The notes below the pieces were generated by a model, which saw only the letters and a program-made list of their open reading frames with translations, was not told where the DNA came from and did not search any database. This document shows, piece by piece, positions 17,537-27,460 of a stretch of DNA of 30,196 nucleotides. Every line of letters begins with the position of its first letter. Positions within the stretch are counted from its first letter, which is position 1. The stretch is from a candidate division FCPU426 bacterium (lineage in GTDB: Bacteria; Oederibacteriota; JAAXVQ01; JAUVAV01): positions 1 through 30,196 of the forward strand of contig DAOWGI010000085.1 of the NCBI GenBank assembly GCA_030637655.1, in the 5' to 3' direction. A program made the position numbers and the translations under genes.

Positions 17537-18523
17537 ATGCCGGGAAAACAGAAACAGTGGATGAAAATTACCTGCTTGGTTGTGTTCATGTGCGCCGGGC
17601 AATTTCCAGCGCCGGCGCAAGGTCTGGGATTTCAATCTGAACGAGTAAATTTTAGTGTTCGCTGCAATGGGCTGGTTTTAGGGCATGCTATTCAGAGTCT
17701 CTTTGTTATTCCGGAAGAAGTCCTGGAATTTGAGATTGTAGATGCCAACTGGAAAGCAGAATATGCTTTTGAGACAGAGGTTGGTCAGGTGGTCCGGAAA
17801 GATAATCGGCATTGGGTATGGACAGTGCCTAAATCAAGTGGCAACTACTCAGCCATAATCTTTAAAACGGCAAGTCAAGAAAGCATTCAACTCAATGTAT
17901 TTGTGCTTATTCCAATTTCCGAGGTAAAAGACAATCAGCTCAACGGTTATACTATTGGAGCATATCCCGCCGGGAAAGTGATTACCTCTGACTGGTATCT
18001 GCCACCCAAAGGATTTGTTGAGGTGACTGAGGAGAATCAGGATCTAAAGGTATCGCCGCATTTTCGCTTGAAACAATTTATGTGCCGGCAGCCGAGTGAG
18101 TTTCCCAAATACCTTGTCTTGGATGAACGGCTACTCATAAAACTGGAGTGCCTTTTAGCCAAAGTAAATGTGCTGGGCTACCCCTGTCAAACGTTGAGTA
18201 TTTCCAGTGGCTATCGGACACCTTACTATAATAACAAACTTGGCAACACGAAGTACAGTGCGCATTTGTGGGGACGTGCGGCGGATATTTATATTGATAA
18301 TAATTATAATAACACCATGGATGATTTGAACCGGAATGGAAAGAGCGATTTAGGAGATGTAAAAATAGTCCGTGAGATCGTGGAAAGCTTGGATCAGGAG
18401 CTTCGGCATCAGGATAAAATCGGCGGTATCGGGATTTATGAGGAAACGGATAATCACGGTCCTTTTGTGCATATAGATGTGCGGGGTGAACCGGCCCGGT
18501 GGGAAAAAAGCAAGGGTAAGTGA
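17537..18523 (+). CDS. Peptidase M15A family (D-Ala-D-Ala carboxypeptidase-like) secreted metallopeptidase
   Basis: Signal peptide; VSPHFRL, SSGYRTPYYN, SAHLWGRAADI, FVHIDVRG. Confidence 0.88.
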   Translation: MPGKQKQWMKITCLVVFMCAGQFPAPAQGLGFQSERVNFSVRCNGLVLGHAIQSLFVIPEEVLEFEIVDANWKAEYAFETEVGQVVRKDNRHWVWTVPKSSGNYSAIIFKTASQESIQLNVFVLIPISEVKDNQLNGYTIGAYPAGKVITSDWYLPPKGFVEVTEENQDLKVSPHFRLKQFMCRQPSEFPKYLVLDERLLIKLECLLAKVNVLGYPCQTLSISSGYRTPYYNNKLGNTKYSAHLWGRAADIYIDNNYNNTMDDLNRNGKSDLGDVKIVREIVESLDQELRHQDKIGGIGIYEETDNHGPFVHIDVRGEPARWEKSKGK

Positions 18524-18711
18524 TGAGGAAAAAAGAGCATGAAAAAGTATCGCTGGAATGTTGCAGACTATGGCCGATATTTCAGAACAAAAATCCCACA
18601 GGGTGCGAAGCCTCCCAAAAATCCATGGTCCATCCAATCGGGGCGTGAGCCTCTGTATTTTTAGGTTTTCAACAGAACATCGGTAAAAACAAATCCTTCT
18701 CTAGTTACAGT

Positions 18712-19332
18712 CTAGCCCTTAATCACTTCCAAAGGAGTTGTGAACATAGGGCCGGCGTACACTAAAGTGTGGAATTCACCATTTTCTCCACAAGGATCGC
18801 AAGCTTTCGGCAGATTGGCCAGCAGGGCAAGATCATATCTTAGGCCTGAGATGGAAGCTGGTACTTTTTTGGGATCACAACAGGTGATGTAAGCGCCCAA
18901 TCCGGATTGGATCATATTCTGAGCGAGTTGGGCCGTATTTTTTCCCCATAAAGGGAAATGGGCTTGCATGCCCATTTGTTGTAAGTGCTGCTTCCGATAC
19001 TCCCGGACATCCTCAAGAAACAGATCACCAAAAACAATATTCTGCACACCTTGGGCAATAGCTTGGGACATGGCTTGTCGCATAGCTGCTTCGTACTCAG
19101 CGTTACTGCAGGGAGAGGGAATGTACACAGGAAGCAAGGGAAGCTGGGCAGCCTGGGCTTGGGCCTGCAATACATTTTTACGAACACCATGCATGGAGAC
19201 GCGTTGAAATGATTGGGTAACAGTGGTCAGAAGACCAATGATTTCCAATTCGCCCTGTTGTTGGCAATGATGTAAGGCCCAGGCACTGTCTTTGCCGCTG
19301 GACCAGGCCAACCAGGCTTTGGTTTTAGGCAT
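18712..19332 (-). CDS. Adenine nucleotide alpha-hydrolase, diphthine-ammonia ligase-like (DUF71); stop probably premature, frame continues to 18661
   Basis: PP-loop WSSGKDS; RVSMHGVR; FGDLFLEDVREYR; DPCGENGEFHT. Confidence 0.85.
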   Translation of the reverse strand: MPKTKAWLAWSSGKDSAWALHHCQQQGELEIIGLLTTVTQSFQRVSMHGVRKNVLQAQAQAAQLPLLPVYIPSPCSNAEYEAAMRQAMSQAIAQGVQNIVFGDLFLEDVREYRKQHLQQMGMQAHFPLWGKNTAQLAQNMIQSGLGAYITCCDPKKVPASISGLRYDLALLANLPKACDPCGENGEFHTLVYAGPMFTTPLEVIKG

Positions 19333-19473
19333 TTTTGAACATCCTTTCTGAATCAACTAAAACAACACTGGTATACTCCCGGGAATCATATATAATTGGG
19401 AAAAAGAAAACAATCATTATTATACCTGGTCTAATACTACATATTATAGTCACTGAGGGAGCAGAAGCATACC

Positions 19474-21294
19474 ATGACGAAAAAAATAATTGGCGCCGAG
19501 GACATTCGTTGGGATTTGTCCGATTTATTTACCTCTTTGGAAGACACGCGTATTCAGGAAACGTTTGAACGGACAGCAGCCCAGGCCGGAATTTTTGAGG
19601 AGAAATATAAAGGCCGGATTGCCGAACTGGACTCGCCGGCTTTATTAACGGCTTTTCAAACCATTGAAGCCATTGTTGCGGATCTTTACCGTTTGAGCGA
19701 ATACAGTTCCTTGTTGTATGCGATAGATATTACGGATGATCAAATCAAAGCATTTGAGCTGCGGGTGCGGGAGCAAGGTACTCAGGTAAATAATAGACTG
19801 CTCTTTTTTGATTTGGAAATGGGCTGTTTGAGTGAAGCACAAGTCCAAACGCATTTGTCCTGTAAGGAGTTACAGTCCTATCATTACTACTTGCGGCGAA
19901 AACAAGAGACTGCCAAATACGATTTATCGGAAAAAGAGGAGCGACTGGCCAATTTAAAAGATTTGACCGGTGTGAATGCCTTTAAAAATTTATATGAAGA
20001 ATATACCACTGCTTTTTCCTTTGAATTTGAACTGGACGGCAAAAAACAGACCATGACCGGAGAAGAACTACGCGCACTAAGACAGCATGAGAAACCAAAA
20101 GTGCGGCGTACGGCCATGAAGATCTTTTTAGCTGCCTACCAGGAACACAACTTGGTGATCAGCAATGTATTCAACAATGTGATAAAAGATTATAATATTG
20201 AGCGCCAATTACGGGGCTATGCCCATCCGATCAGCGTGCAGAATGTGCATAATGATCTTACGGATGAAGCAGTCAATGCTTTGCATGCTGCGACTACGGA
20301 ATCCTATACACTGGTACAGCGCTACTATCGATTGAAGTCCGAAATGCTAAATATGCCGGACATGACTTTGGCCGATATTTATGCCCCTTTACCGCAAACC
20401 GGTAAAACCTATACTTTTGCTGAAGCCCGGGACATTGTACTCAAAGCCTTTCAAGGTTTTGATCAGGATTTTTATACTAAAGCCAAAACCATGTTTGCTG
20501 AAAAAAGGGTGGATGCGCCTGTATTGCCAAACAAGCGCGGCGGCGCTTTTTGTTCATCTTCTGTGCCGGAATTAAAACCATATGTGATGCTCAATTTTTT
20601 AGGGCGTTTACGGGATGTCTCCACCATGGCACATGAGTTGGGACACGCCATACATGCCATGTACAGTATGGAACAGACCCTATTTAATTTTCATTCCATA
20701 CTGCCGCTGGCTGAGACTGCTTCTGTTTTTTCTGAGATGATACTCACGGAGTATTTGCTCCAGCAGGAGCAGGATATTTTTATAAAAAAATCATTGCTTG
20801 CCGGCAAGCTGGAAGAAATATTCGCGACCAGTCACCGCCAGAATATGTTCTCGCGTTTTGAGCGCCAGATCCATGGGACCATTACCGAACGGCTTATGAG
20901 CTCAACTGAATTTTGTGATACGTATCGAAAGGAATTAGGACTTATGTTTGGTGAATCAGTACGTATACCGGATGAATTTGTCTGGGAATGGGCAGCCATA
21001 CCGCATATGGTGGCAGTGCCTTTTTATGTGTACGCGTACAATTTTGCCAATTTGCTGGTTATGGCGTTGGTTCAGCAATACCAAGAAGAAGGCAGAGCAT
21101 TTATTCCAAAATTGAAAAGACTCTTGAGCCTGGGATCAGTTGCCGGTCCCACGGAAATTACAGCTGTGGTGGGCGCTGATATCAATCATCCGGAATTCTG
21201 GAAAAAAGGGTTTCAATATATTGAGCGCCTGCTCCAGGAGTTGGAAACATTGGTTCAGCAAGAAAAAAAACGAGAAAATATGCAAGGAAAATGA
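19474..21294 (+). CDS. pepF: M3B oligoendopeptidase F
   Basis: WDLSDLF N-terminus; KRGGAFC; zinc motif HELGHAIH; AETASVFSE; HMVAVPFYVYAY. Confidence 0.9.
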   Translation: MTKKIIGAEDIRWDLSDLFTSLEDTRIQETFERTAAQAGIFEEKYKGRIAELDSPALLTAFQTIEAIVADLYRLSEYSSLLYAIDITDDQIKAFELRVREQGTQVNNRLLFFDLEMGCLSEAQVQTHLSCKELQSYHYYLRRKQETAKYDLSEKEERLANLKDLTGVNAFKNLYEEYTTAFSFEFELDGKKQTMTGEELRALRQHEKPKVRRTAMKIFLAAYQEHNLVISNVFNNVIKDYNIERQLRGYAHPISVQNVHNDLTDEAVNALHAATTESYTLVQRYYRLKSEMLNMPDMTLADIYAPLPQTGKTYTFAEARDIVLKAFQGFDQDFYTKAKTMFAEKRVDAPVLPNKRGGAFCSSSVPELKPYVMLNFLGRLRDVSTMAHELGHAIHAMYSMEQTLFNFHSILPLAETASVFSEMILTEYLLQQEQDIFIKKSLLAGKLEEIFATSHRQNMFSRFERQIHGTITERLMSSTEFCDTYRKELGLMFGESVRIPDEFVWEWAAIPHMVAVPFYVYAYNFANLLVMALVQQYQEEGRAFIPKLKRLLSLGSVAGPTEITAVVGADINHPEFWKKGFQYIERLLQELETLVQQEKKRENMQGK

Positions 21295-21343
21295 GAAAAT
21301 CCTGTCATATGGTATAGACACCATCTTGTTGGGGAGTATATTT

Positions 21344-21757
21344 ATGCAGCCTCCAAAATCCTTAATTTTGCCGCGATTGATAAAGCAGCAGGCCGGTCAG
21401 TCCATGGTTGAGGCAGCTTTTGCGATTCCAATTGTCCTGCTTCTTTTTGCCGGCTGTGCTCAACTCATACAGATCGGAATTGCTAATATTGTGGTACGAA
21501 TAGCTGTTTATGAGGGAGCACGCCAGGCCCACATGGATGGTGGCAAACTGGGTAATGGACAACGTGTGGCAGAAGACATCTGCAAAGGTGTGAGCTCAGG
21601 AACTACGGAATTTACCAGTGAAAACGGAAATTATACCGTGACCCACCAGCTGAAAGCTCTGTTTCCAGTAGTGAAGAATATCAAAGTCGATCACACCTGC
21701 CCAGGATATGTTTTTGAGGCAGGAGAGAAGGCGGCCAATGATCCGGACAATAATTGA
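21344..21757 (+). CDS. TadE-like pseudopilin
   Basis: GGGGAG RBS; prepilin-type GQSMVEAAFAIPIVLLLF; AVYEGARQA. Confidence 0.8.
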   Translation: MQPPKSLILPRLIKQQAGQSMVEAAFAIPIVLLLFAGCAQLIQIGIANIVVRIAVYEGARQAHMDGGKLGNGQRVAEDICKGVSSGTTEFTSENGNYTVTHQLKALFPVVKNIKVDHTCPGYVFEAGEKAANDPDNN

Positions 21758-22862
21758 CCGTCTGCGCAAAGAGGAACGTGGCAATGTTCTGTATATGACT
21801 GTGGTTATGATGATGCTCTTAGTCGTGTTTTCCTTTGTGCTGGTTAATGTGATCTATGTTGGAGTAACTAAGATCAAAGCGCAGAATGCGGCAGATAATA
21901 TTGCGCTTTCTGCAGCTACCTTAAAAGCACGGGTGCTGAATCGAGTTGTAAATTACAACGCAATTTTGTACGGCGTAGTAAGATACTTTGATTGGTTTCC
22001 CACCTTTGCAAGTTTAGGGGATGCAATTGCATTTGGCTTGATTCCTTCTTTAACGATCCAGGGTATGTATATCAAAGATGTGGTGCAATTTAATAATGAA
22101 ATCTACAATGACGGGTTAATTGATCGGGTTGCGCAGGGCAATGGGATTAATGGGAATACCAGCCGATATGCCATTCATCCGGTGAATATACTTCATTTAA
22201 GCGTGGGAATGAGCTATGACTGGAGGGGGAAAGGTTACATATTGCCGATTCCAGGTGGTGTGATTCCAATTCTGTATGCTCTGGAACCAAATCACAACTG
22301 GTATGTACAATCCCGGGTTGAGTGGCAGACCAGAAAATCCATTATTGGCGGCAAACGTTTGGGCATTGAATTGCCGGATATTGTGGCCAGGGCCAGAGCG
22401 GAAATAATTGATTCCGGACTGCCGGTTCCTTTAGTACCTGCTTCCTGTATTCATAATTGGCGCGTGCGTTTGGCGCATCCAAAAGAGGATGTGGATCGCT
22501 ATATCCGGAACCAGATTGGCTCTATTAATACCGGCGGTAATATTGGGAGTAGTACCGATAGTAGTCCGGCAACACCTGCTGATCCGGATTATGGATCCTT
22601 GCCTCCGGAAATGAATCCGGCTCTCAATCCTAATCTTTCACCAGAGGAAGTGACATTTAACTACATTTCCAGCCTGCCGGATGATCAGCAGTATTATTAT
22701 TATCAGGATAAGCGGAACCAGGGAGAATATCTGACTAATCGTGAAACTTGCCAATATTATAAAACTAAGGACAAAATTGTTGGTTTGACCATACTAGAAC
22801 GCTGGCAGTATATGCGTGTCCGGACCAAAAAAAGACCGGATGAAATTGCTGAAAGAAAGTAG
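21738..22862 (+). CDS. Tad/TadG-like N-terminal domain protein
   Basis: ERGNVL plus hydrophobic helix plus KAQNAADNIALSAA; overlaps the TadE-like gene. Confidence 0.75.
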   Translation: MIRTIIDRLRKEERGNVLYMTVVMMMLLVVFSFVLVNVIYVGVTKIKAQNAADNIALSAATLKARVLNRVVNYNAILYGVVRYFDWFPTFASLGDAIAFGLIPSLTIQGMYIKDVVQFNNEIYNDGLIDRVAQGNGINGNTSRYAIHPVNILHLSVGMSYDWRGKGYILPIPGGVIPILYALEPNHNWYVQSRVEWQTRKSIIGGKRLGIELPDIVARARAEIIDSGLPVPLVPASCIHNWRVRLAHPKEDVDRYIRNQIGSINTGGNIGSSTDSSPATPADPDYGSLPPEMNPALNPNLSPEEVTFNYISSLPDDQQYYYYQDKRNQGEYLTNRETCQYYKTKDKIVGLTILERWQYMRVRTKKRPDEIAERK

Positions 22863-23000
22863 CAGTAACCCATAAGAATAAAAAAGAATTGTAAAAAACG
22901 CACGCCTAAAAAAACCCTCTTATTTTGAGACTGTATCACAATGCCAAAGACAAGATTGCTTTGCTTTACCCGCGCTGACTGCTGAGGATTTCAGGCACTT

Positions 23001-23369
23001 TTAGGAGGATTCATCTTTTAATTCACTAATAATATTCTCCAGTTCATTGCGCTGACCGTCGTTGAGATTTGAAAATTCCATACCAAAAACGAGCAGGTTG
23101 ATGTCCGGATCCTGGTAGGACCATTTGATCTTGCCATTACCATTGAATTTATTGAAAGGGGCGGGCAAATGGACAAAATAGCGCATGGCTTCTGAGTGTC
23201 CGGCTTCTTCTGAGCAGGGTAGGCCGATTTTCATGCCCCCCATGCTCAAATTGTACACATTACCCATGGAAATCAATTTTTTCCGCCTAAACGTACTATT
23301 TGAAAAATTACAGGAAATGGGAATGTTAACATTCACTCGAGCATACTTACGGCGTTGCGACATGGACAA
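23001..23369 (-). CDS. PilZ domain protein
   Basis: RRKYAR (RxxxR) and NLSMGG ([D/N]xSxxG); FGMEF. Confidence 0.85.
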   Translation of the reverse strand: MSMSQRRKYARVNVNIPISCNFSNSTFRRKKLISMGNVYNLSMGGMKIGLPCSEEAGHSEAMRYFVHLPAPFNKFNGNGKIKWSYQDPDINLLVFGMEFSNLNDGQRNELENIISELKDESS

Positions 23370-23461
23370 TACCTCGTATCATAAATTTTCAGGTTTTCTA
23401 CAATTTTAGGTTCGGATAATACTGTAGTTAACTTTAAAACTGCTTAAGTAAAAGGATGTTT

Positions 23462-24226
23462 TTAAATATTCCATTTTAGCAGGCAATTTGCAATGTATTC
23501 CGCCACCCGGGGTGTTTTCCAATAATTGATGTGTGTGCCAATCGGGTCCCAACCAGTATTAAGTTCCACATCTTTGACGCTCATGTGCTTGAAATGCCGG
23601 GAGCAGTGTCGGGCAATTGCATCGTCCGGGTCCAGAATATTAATCCAGCGCTTGAGATGCTTTGGATGTTTGGCCGGATTTTCCACATAACCCATGGCAG
23701 AAGTGAACAGCGGGATAGGTGAACCCAGGGTGAAGAAAGCATCAATCGTTTTTTGCCGATCGAATTTGTATTTTCTAAATCCGAAAATATAATCAAACGA
23801 GATGACCGAACCTAAAGAGTGGGCAATCACAATTGTCTTTTCCGGCCGAGATTTGTTGGCTTGCTGGAACAAGCGATGAACGCTTTTTAATATTGTCATT
23901 GGACCGTTTTTATGTCCCTTGTCTTTCACATAATGTAATATTTGGATTGCTATCGGATCGACCAGTTTATAAAGAGAGTTCCATTTGCCTTTACGATGCT
24001 TTAATCCGTATTGCAGAGTGAGAAAGCGGTTGGTAAGATCATTGGTTTTTTGTGTCCACATGATCTCTTTTTGGACCAGTTGTTGCGCCGCGGTCAAAGC
24101 CATGCGTTTGGAAGCGCCTTTTATAAGCAACCCCTGCTTGTAATACTTGACTATGTTTTTGTATAAGGGATTACTGTAACCAAGGGATTGAGAATTAACA
24201 CCATGAATAAAAATCAGATTGATCAT
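23462..24226 (-). CDS. Alpha/beta-hydrolase fold protein
   Basis: FIHGV, AHSLGS, TLGSPI, WINILDPDD, HINYW; GGGGG RBS before ATG 24226. Confidence 0.8.
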   Translation of the reverse strand: MINLIFIHGVNSQSLGYSNPLYKNIVKYYKQGLLIKGASKRMALTAAQQLVQKEIMWTQKTNDLTNRFLTLQYGLKHRKGKWNSLYKLVDPIAIQILHYVKDKGHKNGPMTILKSVHRLFQQANKSRPEKTIVIAHSLGSVISFDYIFGFRKYKFDRQKTIDAFFTLGSPIPLFTSAMGYVENPAKHPKHLKRWINILDPDDAIARHCSRHFKHMSVKDVELNTGWDPIGTHINYWKTPRVAEYIANCLLKWNI

Positions 24227-24341
24227 ATTTCCCCCTGGAAAAAGTGGCGTAGCATGATGCGCTGGATAGTGCAGCAGCATTTTTTCATATCCGGTGAGAT
24301 CTGAAAAGCAAATTTGATTTCTACACCACCGGATTTCGGTA

Positions 24342-25337
24342 TTATAGCAGGCCTACAATTAAACCAATCGAGGCAGAGTACACATTGTCTCCTAACTCGC
24401 CGGAAAGATTCAAACCCACAAAAGGAACCAGGTTGATCTGGAAACCACCCAACAGACGGAAATCAAAATTATTCGGTTCAGCAGTGGCAGGCCCTTTCAC
24501 CGTTAGAGTGTCCTGATAAGCGGCACCCGGAGCAATAGGATCAAGATTGAGCGTGCCGGTAGCGCCAACTACAGTATTTACCTCGCCCATAGCCACTTGG
24601 CAGCCAACTCCAATATACGGATGAAAGATAATAAAATTTTGACTAATAACCAGTTTGGCATAATAAGCAGTGACATCCCAATCGCTGCTCATGAATACTG
24701 TGGTATCCAAAGTCTGCTTGTAGTCAGAGCCATTATAATGAATAGAAGCAATCTCCTCAGTGTGAGAATTGGACACTCTGTAATTTCCTTTCATATTGCC
24801 AACTCCGAGCGCCAGACTGAGATTAATGGGGAGCGGGAGATTTGGTTGTATCCGTCCCTCCACCTGCCATTGGGCAAATTGTCCGTTAAAGTGATCCGTA
24901 AGATTAAGACTATAGGCAGAATGGCCAAAACCTAAATCGATCTTACCCAAAGCGGGAATTTTCAGTAATCCGATTTTGCCATGGATCATACCGGTTTGAG
25001 AAAAGAAAAACTCTGGTATGGCCAGGAAGTCTGAGGAAACAGCATAGGTATTTATCTCTGTTATTTTTTTCAAATCACCAGCTACTGCCAGTCCACCAGT
25101 AATACCAAGCTCAAAGCCGGGGAATGTTTTAACAGCAGCTGGACGCTGGACGGTTCCACCAGCACCAAAGGCTGTACTCTTGGCTAATTGTCCATTAATC
25201 CAGGTAGCAGTGCTGCTAAAGTCATTGGAGAGGGTTTGTAGAGCAGTTTCGAAGTCTGTAAATGTTGCCGCTGGGCTTATCTGTGCAAAACCGAGTAAAA
25301 ATAAGCAAATTGTTGTAATCCGGGCAAAGAATTTCAT
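24342..25337 (-). CDS. Secreted, probable outer-membrane beta-barrel protein (DUF6588-like)
   Basis: AGGAGG RBS; signal peptide; amphipathic strands; HPYIGVG. Confidence 0.6.
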   Translation of the reverse strand: MKFFARITTICLFLLGFAQISPAATFTDFETALQTLSNDFSSTATWINGQLAKSTAFGAGGTVQRPAAVKTFPGFELGITGGLAVAGDLKKITEINTYAVSSDFLAIPEFFFSQTGMIHGKIGLLKIPALGKIDLGFGHSAYSLNLTDHFNGQFAQWQVEGRIQPNLPLPINLSLALGVGNMKGNYRVSNSHTEEIASIHYNGSDYKQTLDTTVFMSSDWDVTAYYAKLVISQNFIIFHPYIGVGCQVAMGEVNTVVGATGTLNLDPIAPGAAYQDTLTVKGPATAEPNNFDFRLLGGFQINLVPFVGLNLSGELGDNVYSASIGLIVGLL

Positions 25338-25541
25338 AGTAGTCCTCCTTAAAAATATAGTGCATAAAATATAAGTAATATATTTATTAGAATAATACTC
25401 TTATATTCGGTTGAAAAAGAAAAAGCTTAAGTGTTTTATGGAGGAGTAACTGGCAAAAGTCCCATAGTTACATGATTTTTCCTGTTGGGCAAACCGGTAT
25501 TGTCAAAAATATCTGCATATTTCTGTTCTAATTTCTGTTCT

Positions 25542-25789
25542 GGTAGCCGCAGGCTTTAGCCTGCGTATAATTAGCTCCGGTTGCACAAAGCCCATGTCAG
25601 GCTCCACACTTCGGCGAAAGCCGGACTCCAGGAACTATTTTTTCTTGTAATATATTGCTTTTCTGGATTCCGTTCCAGCTAAATGCACGCCGGCATGACG
25701 AAATGCCGGATGACGAAACCACAAAGAACCAAACAGGAACCAGTTTAATGAATAATCTCGTTCTACGCAGGCTAAAGCCTGCGGCTACC
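25542..25789. repeat. REPIN-like inverted pair of GTAG-type REPs
   Basis: GGTAGCCGCAGGCTTTAGCCTGCGTA (25542-25567) and its exact reverse complement (25764-25789). Confidence 0.8.
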
Positions 25790-25907
25790 TCCCCTCATTT
25801 ACAGAAGATTTTCCAACTTCTTCTATTTTTGACACTACCGGCAAGCCTGGGGTCTCCTGTGAAGGGGATTAAATCAAGACGATAAATGCAGTCAAACCAG
25901 AGAGAAT

Positions 25908-26160
25908 TCATATAATAAGAATAGTGCTATGATATAAATGGTAACCAAATGTAGTAGAGTAGTTACAAATACATGCAGTCTTATAATAAGAATTAGGTGG
26001 GAATTTAAATATGGTGTTTTATTCCGCAATTTACGGAATATTCAGCTATTTGCTTTTCAAGCATATTAGTAAGAAGTATAGCTGGAGTAGCAGCCATGAA
26101 TATCTTATAATAAGATTGGAATAAGTGTTGACATAATCAGAAGCGCATCTTATTATAAGA
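25908..26160. promoter_or_regulatory. Four copies of palindrome TCTTAT[A/T]ATAAGA plus a sigma70 promoter
   Basis: Copies at 25908 (1 mismatch), 25979, 26103 and 26148; TTGACA (26128)-17 bp-TATTAT (26151), with the last copy covering the -10. Confidence 0.7.
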
Positions 26161-26189
26161 ATACACTGATGATTGACAAGGGGGTATGG

Positions 26190-26774
26190 ATGAATACAAG
26201 CAATCCATATACAGATAATATTAAAATGCTAAAAGATACACTTATTGAGCAAGGGTTTGTAATTGGGTTATTTATATATGGCAGCTTTGCCAAGGGCGAC
26301 TTTTCCCCGGATTCAGCTATTGATCTTTTCATAATTGTGAATAACTCTGAGGGAGCTGAGAAGGTCAGGGAGATGGTATCAGCTATTGATGCTTCTATAA
26401 GTCACACGCTAAAGCCAACTATCTGGACAATTGAAGAGTTAATAAAACCAGACAATGCTTTGGTCCAACTGGTTTTTAGAGAGGGGAAACTTATTTATTG
26501 GAATTCTCTGCATGATTTTTCGGCTAGCCGGGTATTTAAGGTTCGCCCACACACTATTTTTACCTTTGTATTGTCCAATCTTCCCCAAAATATCAAAGCC
26601 AGATTTAACTATCAATTGTATGGCAAAAAAGCATCCCCAGGACTGCTTGATACTTTTGAAGGAAAAAGACTCACCAAATCATGTTTTCATGTGCCTTTTG
26701 GGAAGAAATTCAAGGTTATCCGTTTTTTCGATAAGTTTGATATTAAGTATGAAACTACTGAGTGTTGGGTATAA
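26190..26774 (+). CDS. Pol-beta-type minimal nucleotidyltransferase domain protein with an extra C-terminal domain
   Basis: IYGSFAKGD....SAIDLFII; about 75-aa C-terminal alpha/beta domain. Alternative start at 26169. Confidence 0.75.
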   Translation: MNTSNPYTDNIKMLKDTLIEQGFVIGLFIYGSFAKGDFSPDSAIDLFIIVNNSEGAEKVREMVSAIDASISHTLKPTIWTIEELIKPDNALVQLVFREGKLIYWNSLHDFSASRVFKVRPHTIFTFVLSNLPQNIKARFNYQLYGKKASPGLLDTFEGKRLTKSCFHVPFGKKFKVIRFFDKFDIKYETTECWV

Positions 26775-26987
26775 AAAAGCTATGGGTTTGATTACCCATT
26801 TTTCGGGGCAAAAAAGGTTGGTTCCTTTCTCGGTTTAAAAAAACGGTTCAACAGGGAAACCGGCCCTCTGCGGAAAAACACAACAAAAAGAAAGTTTGAC
26901 AAAATTCACCCTTCATGATAACTTTACAATCTGTTTTGGTTAATAAAGCCAAAAGAGGTTATTTTAAAATTTAGAGGAGAAATATTT

Positions 26988-27197
26988 ATGTCAGTTCAAG
27001 GTAAGACAAAGTGGTTTAACGGATCAAAAGGGTTTGGATTTTTGGAGCAGGAAGATGGCGGAAAGGATGTTTTTGTACATTTTTCAGCCATCCAGGGTGA
27101 CGGATTTCGTAATCTAAATGAAGGTGATGCGGTTGAGTTTGACATTGTCGAAGGCCCCAAAGGGGCTCAGGCCGCCAATGTTCGCAAAATCGGCTAA
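26988..27197 (+). CDS. cspA: Cold-shock protein (CspA family)
   Basis: [45 protein letters not shown] at 26896. Confidence 0.95.
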   Translation: MSVQGKTKWFNGSKGFGFLEQEDGGKDVFVHFSAIQGDGFRNLNEGDAVEFDIVEGPKGAQAANVRKIG

Positions 27198-27216
27198 CCC
27201 AATCATTTGCTAGAAG

Positions 27217-27248
27217 AAAAAAAACGGCCTTTACAGGCCGTTTTTTTT
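27217..27248 (+). terminator. Rho-independent (bidirectional) terminator
   Basis: A8-CGGCCT-TTAC-AGGCCG-T8. Confidence 0.85.
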
Positions 27249-27460
27249 ATGTTTGGTTAATTATCTCCGGGTTATCAGTAGTAATCCAGTCCGCTCATTT
27301 CGGCTTTATAAGCTGCCTGATATTGACGCATTTTTTTTGATGAGCAGGAAAAGTCTACTTATCTGTTAATTTGAAACCATTTACGCATTCTTTTGTTGAT
27401 GTATGCAGTTTACCTTTCTTTACTATTTTCCGGAAATTTTAATTATTGCTTATCAGAAGG

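Noticed and set aside
18712-19332. Diphthamide biosynthesis function
   Set aside because: Diphthamide is an archaeal/eukaryotic EF-2 modification; only the fold family is supported here.
21140-21343. Long N-terminal extension of the TadE-like ORF
   Set aside because: Overlaps pepF; RBS and prepilin motif support ATG 21344.
25908-26160. Possible degenerate CRISPR array upstream of a protein with a possibly Cas2-like tail
   Set aside because: Units are only 13-15 bp with irregular start-to-start spacing (71, 124, 45 bp) and no cas genes; better explained as operators.
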